DNA from: a virus
Taxonomy: Duplodnaviria; Caudoviricetes
Virus record (IMG/VR): IMGVR_UViG_3300039106_000351
Span: 1 to 55,993 of that record
Strand: one strand, 5' to 3'
DNA length: 55,993 nt
Numbering within the stretch: the first letter of the stretch is position 1; each line of letters begins with the position of its first letter. Of the stretch, positions 20,701 through 30,300 are shown piece by piece. The notes beneath the pieces were generated by a model. The model worked only from the letters and a program-made list of their open reading frames with translations. It was not told the origin of the DNA and did not search any database. The position numbers and the translations under genes were made by a program.

Positions 20701-22734
20701 TCCATAATTTCCTTCTTGAAAATTAGTTCCTGCATTTGAAAAATTTTGAGGAGCTTGTAATGCAAAACCTGCATTAAATGCAGGATTACTAAAACCAGAT
20801 AGAAGAGCACCTACTCCTTTTCTAAAACCAGCACCCTTAGCAAGATTACCAAGTGCATTAGCACCTTTAATTGGTGCAACTGCCATTCCTGCATTTGATA
20901 AACTTTCTCCTAAAGAACTCCAAAAATGACCATTATCATAACCTTGTCTTACATCTGCACCTACTTTTATAGGATTTGCAGCATTAAACATATTATGAAA
21001 TACTCCTAGTGGAGAATCATAATTTATGGTTCCCATATCTACACCAGTCTCATCTTTAATTTTTTCTCTTTCTGTATAAGACATGTTACTATTACCCCAC
21101 ATTGTTTTACGAGGATTCATCCAAGCATCAAATGCAGGAATAGGATTGTATAAAACATCTTTAACTTTATCCCAAGGATGATCATTTATATTATATTGAT
21201 TTGTTCTACCTTCTGATATTGCATCATCATTTCTACCAAAATTATTACGTGACCATGCAAAATTTATATTACTTTTAATATCTTCATCATTAAAAAGATT
21301 GTTTAATGTTTCATTTTCTCCAGTTATTGTACTTTTTCCAATATCATCATTAAGGGATTTTAAAAATTCTATTTGTGTTTTTGGATCATTTTTTATAGCA
21401 TTTAATTTTTTTTCTACTCCAGATTTTAATATATCAGCACCAAAATTTTGTTTATACAATGTTAATGCATCTATAGCATCTTTATTTTTTGCTTCATATC
21501 CAACAGCAGTTCTTTTATCAATATCTTTTTTAAGATTCATTTGATTAAGACCTAATATATTTTGTTCTCTAACTTTAGCATTTGTATCTCCATACATAAG
21601 ATTACCAAAACTTTCTGTTTTATCTATAAGATTTTTATTTTTTTCTGCTTGAGCTTTGTCATATTCAGAAAGAGCATTGGTTTGATTATTAAATTGTTGA
21701 AATTGATAAGCAAAATCATTTGGATGATTAGCATCATTCCAAGATGCTACTGGATCATTTGATTTTCTAAATATATTTTCACCACTAGCAACTTGATCTT
21801 TATCTGTTGAAGGTATTGAATTAACTATATTTTGTTGTGTAGAATTAAAAAGATCAGTAATAATTTTTTCAGTAGATTTTTTAAAGTCCTTTGTTAAACC
21901 TGCTTGTCCTCCAAGTTTTGTAGGTAATTCACTAATAACTTGATCTACAGTTTTTCCTTCTTTTAAAGCTCGTGTTACTATTTTATTAGTCATGGTATTT
22001 GTAAATACCTCATGTGCAAGTTTCATTGTTGGTTCAAATTCAGAAGTAATTTGTTCTTTATCAAACCCCCATTTTTCAAAGTCACTAACTTTATATCCAT
22101 TATTCATTATCCTATTGTTCATTATTTCTCTAGGATATAATTCTATCTTTCCTGTTTTTTTATTTTTATTTATATAATAAGCATTTTTAATTTCTTTTTC
22201 TTTTTCAGGTGTAACATCAGATGGAGAAAGTATTAAAATAGGTTCTGGTTTTATAAATTTTGTCTTAAGATTTTTAGTATTTGCTTCTTTATATTTATCA
22301 TAATAATTTTTTACAGTACCTTGCCATGCAATATTTTGTTTTTTTATACGTTCAGTTTCTTCTTTTATATATTTATCCTCTGCCATTTTTTGTTTAGCTG
22401 CATCTTCAATAGCCCAACCTTCTTCAATTTTAGTAACTCTCAAACGATCTTGTCTATCCTGTTCTTGTAATTCTTGAGGTGTTACACAACCTCGGTCTAT
22501 GCCATCCATTCCTATACCACCATAAACTTTACCTGGAGGACATCCTTGTGTTGTTCCATAACCTTTAGTAGACTCAGTCATATATGGAGATTGCATTTGA
22601 TCCCAATATGAAGATGGTGCAATACCTTGAACTGGTACTGGCTCAGGTGTTACATTTTCTTTATTTAAAATAGTTAAACCTTTTTTAGCTTGTGGCAATG
22701 ATTGAGGTATACTAGTTATTCTATATTTTGCCAT
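17734..22734 (-). CDS. Modular putative virion cargo protein (1666 aa)
   Basis: Long ORF with N-terminal LPQAKKG, two internal YKKGGSLPKA linkers and the terminal tag LSQKEIEEYVKGGYIIEEE. Confidence 0.65.
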   Translation of the reverse strand: MAKYRITSIPQSLPQAKKGLTILNKENVTPEPVPVQGIAPSSYWDQMQSPYMTESTKGYGTTQGCPPGKVYGGIGMDGIDRGCVTPQELQEQDRQDRLRVTKIEEGWAIEDAAKQKMAEDKYIKEETERIKKQNIAWQGTVKNYYDKYKEANTKNLKTKFIKPEPILILSPSDVTPEKEKEIKNAYYINKNKKTGKIELYPREIMNNRIMNNGYKVSDFEKWGFDKEQITSEFEPTMKLAHEVFTNTMTNKIVTRALKEGKTVDQVISELPTKLGGQAGLTKDFKKSTEKIITDLFNSTQQNIVNSIPSTDKDQVASGENIFRKSNDPVASWNDANHPNDFAYQFQQFNNQTNALSEYDKAQAEKNKNLIDKTESFGNLMYGDTNAKVREQNILGLNQMNLKKDIDKRTAVGYEAKNKDAIDALTLYKQNFGADILKSGVEKKLNAIKNDPKTQIEFLKSLNDDIGKSTITGENETLNNLFNDEDIKSNINFAWSRNNFGRNDDAISEGRTNQYNINDHPWDKVKDVLYNPIPAFDAWMNPRKTMWGNSNMSYTEREKIKDETGVDMGTINYDSPLGVFHNMFNAANPIKVGADVRQGYDNGHFWSSLGESLSNAGMAVAPIKGANALGNLAKGAGFRKGVGALLSGFSNPAFNAGFALQAPQNFSNAGTNFQEGNYGTAAWDALMGIQGVMSPLRATTNLLRYGQTPTKAFNLGVTTPSGKYYGFKQANIPAPNLSYATSNEALASELGLNTRKNINTLYKQFHPDAGIYSNQVGSNASANLGNLTSVPNRTTMVPGFNRTYPINIDSGKVGIVESPAFNLKNNYKFNFGENRFKPLTVEEILLRPSPEGYQFNPLIKSNSNSDIQFNPKLLGYKKGGSLPKAWNGLEILKNTGKLINEFKTPTKNILMPAIYQNIANSVYKNPNIQPILDMINPISNLDSQYLLTDILSKTDNPYDVLGDIYNQPASDYNIGDLSNFDRSTLEFANRRNAADALKNLGYVGNDVGAEDLFKMARTNDSMNKIMQLAIDHDRTGYRQVKGDFNPRGVSLDGYGHRTFDMYRRRYDNPRSEVENMDLANVNRADPLSLAAYQATHIPMEQYGYRAGLPDMYGMDGMYLASLPEKQSYGPYQFKVQLPTDFSTGNWQDWYQKYIVNKKPLYESGYLNKSLLPEEIYFNSGQSKGTVGQSARDSFNKTIGLSNATGLNTRHWLSGTGNKIGTIDPTFKFTDLKNMSAQDRLDMENNKNSIINNFNTGWRGQYKKGGSLPKANIGRIVRSIKGLNIPNSVSKIPIRNLDKGMNLKVNQLLPALDYFKGVSEVPMVDLKNLSNTTGGNSLIQYGDEPFQGESFYHADPLDYPGIKDWKNEANIDANNSLDKYLSNKPPYGKDTFEGVGDFNFAAGSDGWEVRNDLSNLASFGIEPSGPQWVPGKEDFFTNSELKKLITQQNQWQTAWQNFNKMYPDDPNNAALDAFLKFKGYNNVRGDTSRDELFSNLFPNVGLPNFRSKILQPEQEAWLQKNYAWGNNLSNKGKLKVESLKTINTGFETLPKTYQQLLKNQKGNDFLQTGPAKIVVSEMRGKLGLSLEEVLNASPEQLEKWRRQIVIKMGKQDLEKWESDISKPLTVQDAWKQISKQSGYKNKNGGVVTKLSQKEIEEYVKGGYIIEEE

Positions 22735-22736
22735 GA

Positions 22737-25700
22737 TTAAATTGTTTCAAATGTATAACCTAAACTTTCTAAATATTTTTTAGTTTCTTCATCTACCTCA
22801 TCTCCTAGTTCATAATCAGTTTCTCCACCTTCATTATATTTTCTAGTAAGTCTATAATTAGGAATTTTAAAAGATCCAAGAGGATCCCAATAAGCTTTTT
22901 CACTAAAACCTTTTTTAAATATATCTTCATTTAATAAATTAACAGCTTTATCAATATCTGATTTTGGAGCTGTCCTAGCACTTAATATAAAATCACGACT
23001 ATTTATTCCAGGTATTATATCATCAAATAATTTACTATGTATTGACATAGTATTTAATGGAAGATAATTTTCATGATTTATATCCCAATCTTTTCTTTTT
23101 CCCATATTCAATAGCGCATTAAGGGAATCTAAACTTAAACTACTTGTTTCTAATATAGAAGGATTTGGTTTTGGAAAAACTTCATTCATTATTTTCATTG
23201 CTCTTCCAGATTCAAAAGGATTATACATTGAAGATGTAAAATGCCAATCATTATCATTGTTACTATAATTATTTTTAGCTACTTGCCAAAAACCACTATC
23301 ACCTTTTACTTGAAATGGAAAACTTACATTTTTTGGATCAAAATTAGTAGGAATATTTTTTAAGTTTATTTCATCAATAGGAGAATCTGCAAAATTAGAT
23401 TCTAATTCTGTATAGTCTGAGTATTCAGGACTTGTATATAAATCTTGATATGGAATTTGATATTGATTATTTTGTGGATTTAATTGTAATAATTCTGTAT
23501 AAGTAGGAGTTTCTCTAATTTGATTATTTAACATCTCAATCATTTGATCACTATGAGAAAGAGGACGAGTTTGATTATTCAATATATTTTGTTCAACCTC
23601 TAAAGCAGGAGGAAGTATTGTACTTGTTGCTCTAGCAGCATTTAATAATGTAGCATTTACTGGAGCAGTAACTTTACCTAACTTAGTTAACTTACTTAAA
23701 AAAGGTATACCTTTTTTAGCAACAACTTCTAGACCACCATCTGCTCTTGGTAAAGCTTTAGATACTTCTTCAACAATATAGCCATCTTTAATATACTTAT
23801 CTATTTCTTTTTGGGAAAGATTAGCATTTATATAATTTTGTTCTCCACCTTGTTTAAATATAAGAGGTTTATTACCAAATAAATGTTTACCTCTTTTATC
23901 TGTATATGAAGTAGGTATATTTATTTTTTCACATTTACATTTTTCACAAGGTCTTTCATAACCATCTGGGCAATCTGCTTTTCCTACACCTTGTCCATCA
24001 AAATTTAATTGAATATCATTATTAATTGTAGGTTTTTCATTAGTTTCTGTTTCAGTTTCAGTTTCTGTTTCTATTTCTTCATTATCATAATTGTTTCTTT
24101 CAGGCATTCTAGCACTTACTTTTCTTTTTGTTTCACCAAGTGGTATACTATATCTAACATTGCCATAAAAATTTGGAGTTAATGGTACACCCTCACGTTG
24201 TTTTCCACCCTCATAATTAAGTCTTGCTCCTGCAGTAGCAGAAAATATTCCTGGAATATTCTTAAATGGTTTTGCTTGAAATGTTAATTCCGGACTTAGA
24301 AAAGAAAGATCAAAAGGATCTCCTTTATCCATTTTATATTGATATGGTCTAGCTGTTTGAGTTCCATTTATAGCATCTTCTCCCATTAATCTTACTAGTT
24401 CATCTTCTTGTACTTTATTATAATCAGCACGTTGTTTTATTTGTGCATTAAATATATTTAATTTAGGTATAAAAGCCATGTCACCTTGTCTAGTTAAACC
24501 TTGACTATAATATCTATTAGGTGTTATTTTTTGACCATGTTTTCTTCTACCAAAAACACCCAACATACTTGCATCTATATTACCATATAATCCTGATTCA
24601 GGTGCATATCCTGCATGAGTACTAAATGCTCCTGTAAAAGGACCATTTGAAGAACTTCCAAAAGCATTACCAACTAAATCATAACCAATATCTGCTGTAA
24701 AAGGTAATCCTTTTTTATATAAAGGTTTTAAATTAGCTAAGTTTTGTGCAGCTTGATAACTATTAAAAGTTGCTGCATTATTTCCACCAGCTGTTGCATT
24801 TTGCCAAAAGTTTTGATATGCAGGATTATTTTGATTACCTGCATCATTATAATCCCAAGAAGTATTAGTACTTAAATCTAATGTAGGATTTGTTAAATCA
24901 GCAGCACTTGTATTATATGGTCTTCCTAATGTAAATGATAATGCATTACTAGCTGCATCCATTTTCTTAAATAACTTTGGATTTGTATAAGTTAGACTGT
25001 AATTTGGATTTCTATTATAATTACCTATTTGTCCATAGTTAGATCTAAAATCAAATGGTGTAGCTGTTATAGAACTTTTATCTCCAAGACCTATTGCATA
25101 TCCACCTTCAGCTTTAGGTAAAGAACCTCCATCTTCATAGTACTTTGCATTAGGATCATAGATTTTATTCTTTCTAGATTTAGCTTTTGCAAAGAATGGA
25201 TGTACTGCAAATAACTTATTAGTTGCTTCTAAACTTCTAGAATATGCTTTTTCATTTCTACGATTTGGTAATCTAGATCTACTACTTCCTCCATTTTTAA
25301 AATCATTTCCAAAATCTTTTGGTTTTTCTAATGTTGGATCATCTATAGAAGTATAGTCTGATGTTATTTCTTCTCCTACTTGTATATCTTTAATAGCTTT
25401 TAAATATCTTTTATTACCTTCAACTATTGATTCAGTATTAGTATCTTCAGAATGATTATGATAAGCTCCTAAAATTGGTGTTGCATTACTTGTTATATAT
25501 TCATTTCCATTTTTTGAATAAGATGATTTAACATGTGATAAGCCAATAATTTCTCCAGCTCTTATAGGTTCTTCAGCAAACAAACCTTTACCATGTATAT
25601 TAGATTTTTTTACATTAACTTCTTTTTCAGGATAATCTCCAATAGCAGGAGCATTATGTTCTGATCTACCTAGTACTTCATAATCTTGTGTATCTCCACC

Positions 25701-27344
25701 TTCTGTAAATTTATTTAGTCCACCACCATATTTAAAATCACCATAAAGTTTTACATACTCTTCACGATTCATTCCATATTCATTTAAAAGATCTTCATTC
25801 TGTTTTCTAATTAGTTTATTTTCTTCTTCACTATTTGCCCACTTTTTATTATATTTTTTTTGCTGTTTTTTATCTCTTAAAGAACTTGCTCCTTTAAAAT
25901 TTATTTGTCTACCTTCTTGTTCTGCTTTTTCAATTTCACCTGGAATATAATTACCTTCATCATCTTCATAACCCTCCATAAATTTTCTATCATATCCTGT
26001 AGCTTTTTGAACCATTTTAGGAATAAATCTAGTTACTTCTCTTTCTCCAATATCAATATTTCCTCTTGTTCTTGGTATACCTTTATCAAATAATCTTTTA
26101 ATTGGATTAATTGGTAATTTAACACCAAATGTAGGAACATCCATATAAGTATCTGTAGGAGAATAACTAGGTCTATCAACACCTTGTTCAAATTCTAATT
26201 TTGGATACATTGATTCTATAGAAGGATCTGCATATTCATATTCTAAAGGTGTTTCTGATTCCCAATCAAATTCTTTAGGGGGCAAAAGATTATTATAAAG
26301 ATTTGTATTTTCATATAAATAATCATTACCAACTTTATATCTTTGTCCATGTCCATATGAACAATCTTTACAAAGATATTTATAGTTTTCTTTAACTGTA
26401 CCAGGTCTTCCTTTATAGAAGTCTTCATAAGAAACATCTTTTGGAACATAACCTAAATATTCTGGATCATTATAAAATTCTTGAGCACGTTTTTCTTCAG
26501 CTCTTACTTTTTTTGGATCCCATCCTTCTTTATATATATCTGAAGGAATGTAAGTATTTCCATCTGCATCTACTATAGGTTCTGCAGATGTATAATAATC
26601 AGAAGAAACTTTAGGTAACATAACAGGTATACTATCAGATTCTTGAATATTAAATCCTGCATCTGTTAATTTTTGAATATTCTGTTTTTCTAAATTTTTT
26701 AATTTTTCCCACTCTTTATATTTTCTAGCTTGATGAGTATTTTCAGAATTTACATAATAAATATTTTCAGTTTTATTAAAACCTTCTGGTTTAGATGGAT
26801 CAATAACTACTTTATAATTTAAATCTGGATATCTTCTTATGGTAGCTAAATCTTTTAAATCATCATTATACGTATTTTTATAATTTGGATGTGTAACAGT
26901 TAATTGTGTTTGTGCTTCTGGAAAATATACTGGATTTTGTATTTGTTCTATATTTAAATCTTCAGGCCAATCATTTTTATATTTTGAAGTTAATTGATCT
27001 GGTGTAGCTGTAGTAAAGTCATTTGTTCCTCTAGGTTTAACTTTTACAGTAGTCTTTCCTTCTTTCTGATAATTAGAAATACATCTTCCTGATTTTGGAT
27101 CAAATGTAAAGTCATCTGGACAACCTGATGTTTTTTCACATCTTTTAGTTTCTGAATTCCATTTATAATCTTTAGGACATGTAGGATTACCTCCACCATC
27201 TAAAAACTTAAGTAGTCCACCTCTTTTCATAGTTGGCATACCCATTTGATTAAATGGATTAACAATAATATCTTTTTTAACTGCAGGTGCTTTTACACTA
27301 TCTAGTTTTTTAAGAGCATCAATAAGAACTTTTTTATTATACAT
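22737..27344 (-). CDS. Modular putative virion cargo protein (1535 aa) containing a SET domain
   Basis: Long ORF immediately after the muzzle gene (TAATG overlap). Linkers MKRGG/FLDGGG, FKYGG/FTEGG, FKNGG, YEDGGSLPKAEGG, FKQGG, LPRADGG and YNEGG; SET motifs present. Confidence 0.7.
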   Translation of the reverse strand: MYNKKVLIDALKKLDSVKAPAVKKDIIVNPFNQMGMPTMKRGGLLKFLDGGGNPTCPKDYKWNSETKRCEKTSGCPDDFTFDPKSGRCISNYQKEGKTTVKVKPRGTNDFTTATPDQLTSKYKNDWPEDLNIEQIQNPVYFPEAQTQLTVTHPNYKNTYNDDLKDLATIRRYPDLNYKVVIDPSKPEGFNKTENIYYVNSENTHQARKYKEWEKLKNLEKQNIQKLTDAGFNIQESDSIPVMLPKVSSDYYTSAEPIVDADGNTYIPSDIYKEGWDPKKVRAEEKRAQEFYNDPEYLGYVPKDVSYEDFYKGRPGTVKENYKYLCKDCSYGHGQRYKVGNDYLYENTNLYNNLLPPKEFDWESETPLEYEYADPSIESMYPKLEFEQGVDRPSYSPTDTYMDVPTFGVKLPINPIKRLFDKGIPRTRGNIDIGEREVTRFIPKMVQKATGYDRKFMEGYEDDEGNYIPGEIEKAEQEGRQINFKGASSLRDKKQQKKYNKKWANSEEENKLIRKQNEDLLNEYGMNREEYVKLYGDFKYGGGLNKFTEGGDTQDYEVLGRSEHNAPAIGDYPEKEVNVKKSNIHGKGLFAEEPIRAGEIIGLSHVKSSYSKNGNEYITSNATPILGAYHNHSEDTNTESIVEGNKRYLKAIKDIQVGEEITSDYTSIDDPTLEKPKDFGNDFKNGGSSRSRLPNRRNEKAYSRSLEATNKLFAVHPFFAKAKSRKNKIYDPNAKYYEDGGSLPKAEGGYAIGLGDKSSITATPFDFRSNYGQIGNYNRNPNYSLTYTNPKLFKKMDAASNALSFTLGRPYNTSAADLTNPTLDLSTNTSWDYNDAGNQNNPAYQNFWQNATAGGNNAATFNSYQAAQNLANLKPLYKKGLPFTADIGYDLVGNAFGSSSNGPFTGAFSTHAGYAPESGLYGNIDASMLGVFGRRKHGQKITPNRYYSQGLTRQGDMAFIPKLNIFNAQIKQRADYNKVQEDELVRLMGEDAINGTQTARPYQYKMDKGDPFDLSFLSPELTFQAKPFKNIPGIFSATAGARLNYEGGKQREGVPLTPNFYGNVRYSIPLGETKRKVSARMPERNNYDNEEIETETETETETNEKPTINNDIQLNFDGQGVGKADCPDGYERPCEKCKCEKINIPTSYTDKRGKHLFGNKPLIFKQGGEQNYINANLSQKEIDKYIKDGYIVEEVSKALPRADGGLEVVAKKGIPFLSKLTKLGKVTAPVNATLLNAARATSTILPPALEVEQNILNNQTRPLSHSDQMIEMLNNQIRETPTYTELLQLNPQNNQYQIPYQDLYTSPEYSDYTELESNFADSPIDEINLKNIPTNFDPKNVSFPFQVKGDSGFWQVAKNNYSNNDNDWHFTSSMYNPFESGRAMKIMNEVFPKPNPSILETSSLSLDSLNALLNMGKRKDWDINHENYLPLNTMSIHSKLFDDIIPGINSRDFILSARTAPKSDIDKAVNLLNEDIFKKGFSEKAYWDPLGSFKIPNYRLTRKYNEGGETDYELGDEVDEETKKYLESLGYTFETI
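25345..25625 (-). other. SET-domain lysine methyltransferase module
   Basis: VKKSNIHGKGLFAEEPIRAGEII (GxG motif I), YHNHS..N (NHS motif) and AIKDIQVGEEITSDY (pseudoknot motif with catalytic Tyr), all in canonical order. Confidence 0.88.
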
Positions 27345-30300
27345 TATCTTGGAGAAAATTGATTTTTACTATTTGTAATTTTTAATAACATATTTGTATT
27401 CCCTGACACATCTTTAATAAAATTAATAAAATTTGTGTAATGTCTAAACTTTTTTCTTTGTAATTCTGGTTTTGCATAATTAAGATTTAATGGATTTAAA
27501 ACTCTAATATATCCATTAGGTTCTGTTTCCCAAATAACTTCTTGATTATAGTTTCCATTTAAAATAGTTGTACCTGGAATAAGAGGTCCTGTTGGGGGAT
27601 AATCTGATCCTATTGGGAACTCTCCTCTATTCTTAGTAATATCCCAGAATTGATTAATTCTATATTTATTTTCTTCTTTAGAAAATAAAACATCAAATGA
27701 ATTATTATTTGGATTAAGTTTAGGATAAGATAAACTTAAAGTAACATTATTCTTAGGAAATAAATTAAGATTTAAATAACCTGAAACTTGTTCTGAATTA
27801 TATATAACTGCTCTATCAAAATTAAAATCTAAAACATGAAATTGATCATAACAATTTTCTCTATGTCTATTGCATTCTAAAATATATTCTAATGATTTAA
27901 TTGTTGTTATACTTTGTCCTGAATTAACAGGTAGTTCAACTTCAAAAGGATAATCTTTATCATAGAAATTACAAAACTTCTGACAATTTAAATTATGTTT
28001 CCAAAAAGTATTTAATTTAGAAGTTAAAAATGTATCCTTAGTTGCTATAACTAAATCAGGATGCCAGTCATGAAAAGAAATAAAGAATTGATTTTTAGGG
28101 TCAAAACTTATTGTCCATGATGCAGCTGAAAATAATAATTCATCTCCTAATAAAAAGACAGAACCTGGATAATCTATATGTGTAAAATAATCACCTTGAC
28201 CTTTTTGTTTTCCAAAAGTAATTAATGGTACATAGGATACCTTACCTTTATATTCTGGTTTTAATTCATAATCTTTTTTAGAAAAATATAATATTGAATT
28301 TTGGTTATCATAAGTTGCTTGACATCCAATTCCTGAAACAGGATTATCTTTCCAAGGATAATCAGGAAAATCATCTGTAAGTTTATATGGTAAAAAATTA
28401 TTAAACCACCACTTCATTCCTATTTGTGATATTTCTTTTAATCCATCACCATAAGAAAATATTTTACCTTGATTTTGTGAAATATAAAAAATTCCTGCAG
28501 GAGTACTAATTACTGCTAGTTTACTTTGTGAAGAACCATATTCATAAGATCTATCAGCATTAGATACAGATTGTTGAGGCTGTGAAAATAATCCACCATC
28601 ACCTATAGTAATCTTTGTATTTAAAGCTGTTTCTAAAACATCTACACCTTGATACATTAATGGACTATCATTTTTAAATGTGATTATAATACCACTTTTA
28701 TTAATAGACTTTACTGCAGATACTTGAGATTTAAAATCTTTATAATTATTTACTAAGTATATAAACCAACTATCTTTATAGGCAGCTTGTTGTTGAGGTA
28801 AAGAATATATAATTCTATCAGGTAAATAAGTATAACATAGTAATGATACAAAAGGATCATAATTTCTATTTTGTAAATTACCAGATGAAAAATATTGATT
28901 ATATAATTTTGTTATACTAAATGAATAATCATATCTCCACATATTACCTCTTGTAATAATATTAGGATCTGTAGTAAACATTGAATATAAGTCTGTATAC
29001 CTATAAGGATCATAATGTTTTTCATTTTCATAATCTCCAGAGATTCTAAAATCTACTAAAACTTCACTCTCTACAAAAAAGTCTCTTACACTTGAATTAG
29101 CTAAATAAAAATAAGATTCTTTTACTCTCCAAAAACCTGGGTAATTACTAACTGAATCATTACTAAAATCATATTCTTCATTATCCAGTTTATAAAAATC
29201 AGTAGGTAAATTACCAGAAACTGAAGTAGGTAAATTGGCTGACCAGTTAGAAAGGTTAGTTAAATTTTGTGCATCATATTTAACAGAATTAACCCAAAAT
29301 CTTGATCTTGGAATCATTGAGTATAAATAATAATTATAAGAAAATCCATCAGGAAATTTATATAACCAATTATAAAAAAACAACATTGTGTTCTTTTCAG
29401 TATATCTATTTATATATACGTCTCCTCCAAAAAATATATTTGTTATTCTTATTCCAGTTAGAACAGATTGTCCACCTGGACAAACAGTATTACTTAATGT
29501 TTGTAATGGATAATCAGAAATATTTTGTTCACATGGAGTAATTGGAATTTGTTTAATAGATTCTAATTGACCATATTGATTTCTTATTCTATATTTTAAT
29601 GCAGCATAGTGACTTGTAATTGGTAGACTAAATGATTGGTCAATATTATTCCAAGAAGGATTTTGATTATTTAATCCGTTAGTTGTTGTGTTAGAGTTAA
29701 TATTTGTATTTCCAGATAATCCAGATAATGTAATTAAAGACTTATCTTCAAAAGCACCCCCTATATAATAAGGACCAAGACTTGTTCCATTTGGATTTGC
29801 TAAATTATAGTAAGGACCTGATAAAGTTCTTATAACTACAGTATCAGATCTTTGTAAATTATTAATTGTATATCTAGTATATAAACCATTTGTATTTTGT
29901 TGATAGGCTGGCATTTGTTGTACAGTATCTCTAATATAAAAAGAGTCATCTATCTTAAATCTTTTAACTTCATTTATTGAAGTTTGATTCCAATTAGAAT
30001 ATAAACCATGTGCAATAGATTGTAGAGCATATTGTTCATATGGTACTAATGCAGTTACTGCTTCTATAGCAACATCAGCTCCTTGTGAAAAATAAAAAGA
30101 AAAAGCATTTATACCACCAATAGCTGCTAAGGCAGGAGGTAAATAAGCATAGTCTGGAAGTTCAATTAATCCTGTAATAGAAGTAGGATTAATTCCTGCA
30201 TTAGCAGCTGCTGTATTTAAAGCTGTTATTAAATTTTGTTCATAAAGTTCATATTGTGTTTGTAGTCCAATTAGTCCTAAAAATACATCTCCAACAGCAG

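Noticed and set aside
24040-24080. GAAACW hexamer microsatellite
   Set aside because: An in-frame ETETET low-complexity spacer; no sign of phase variation.
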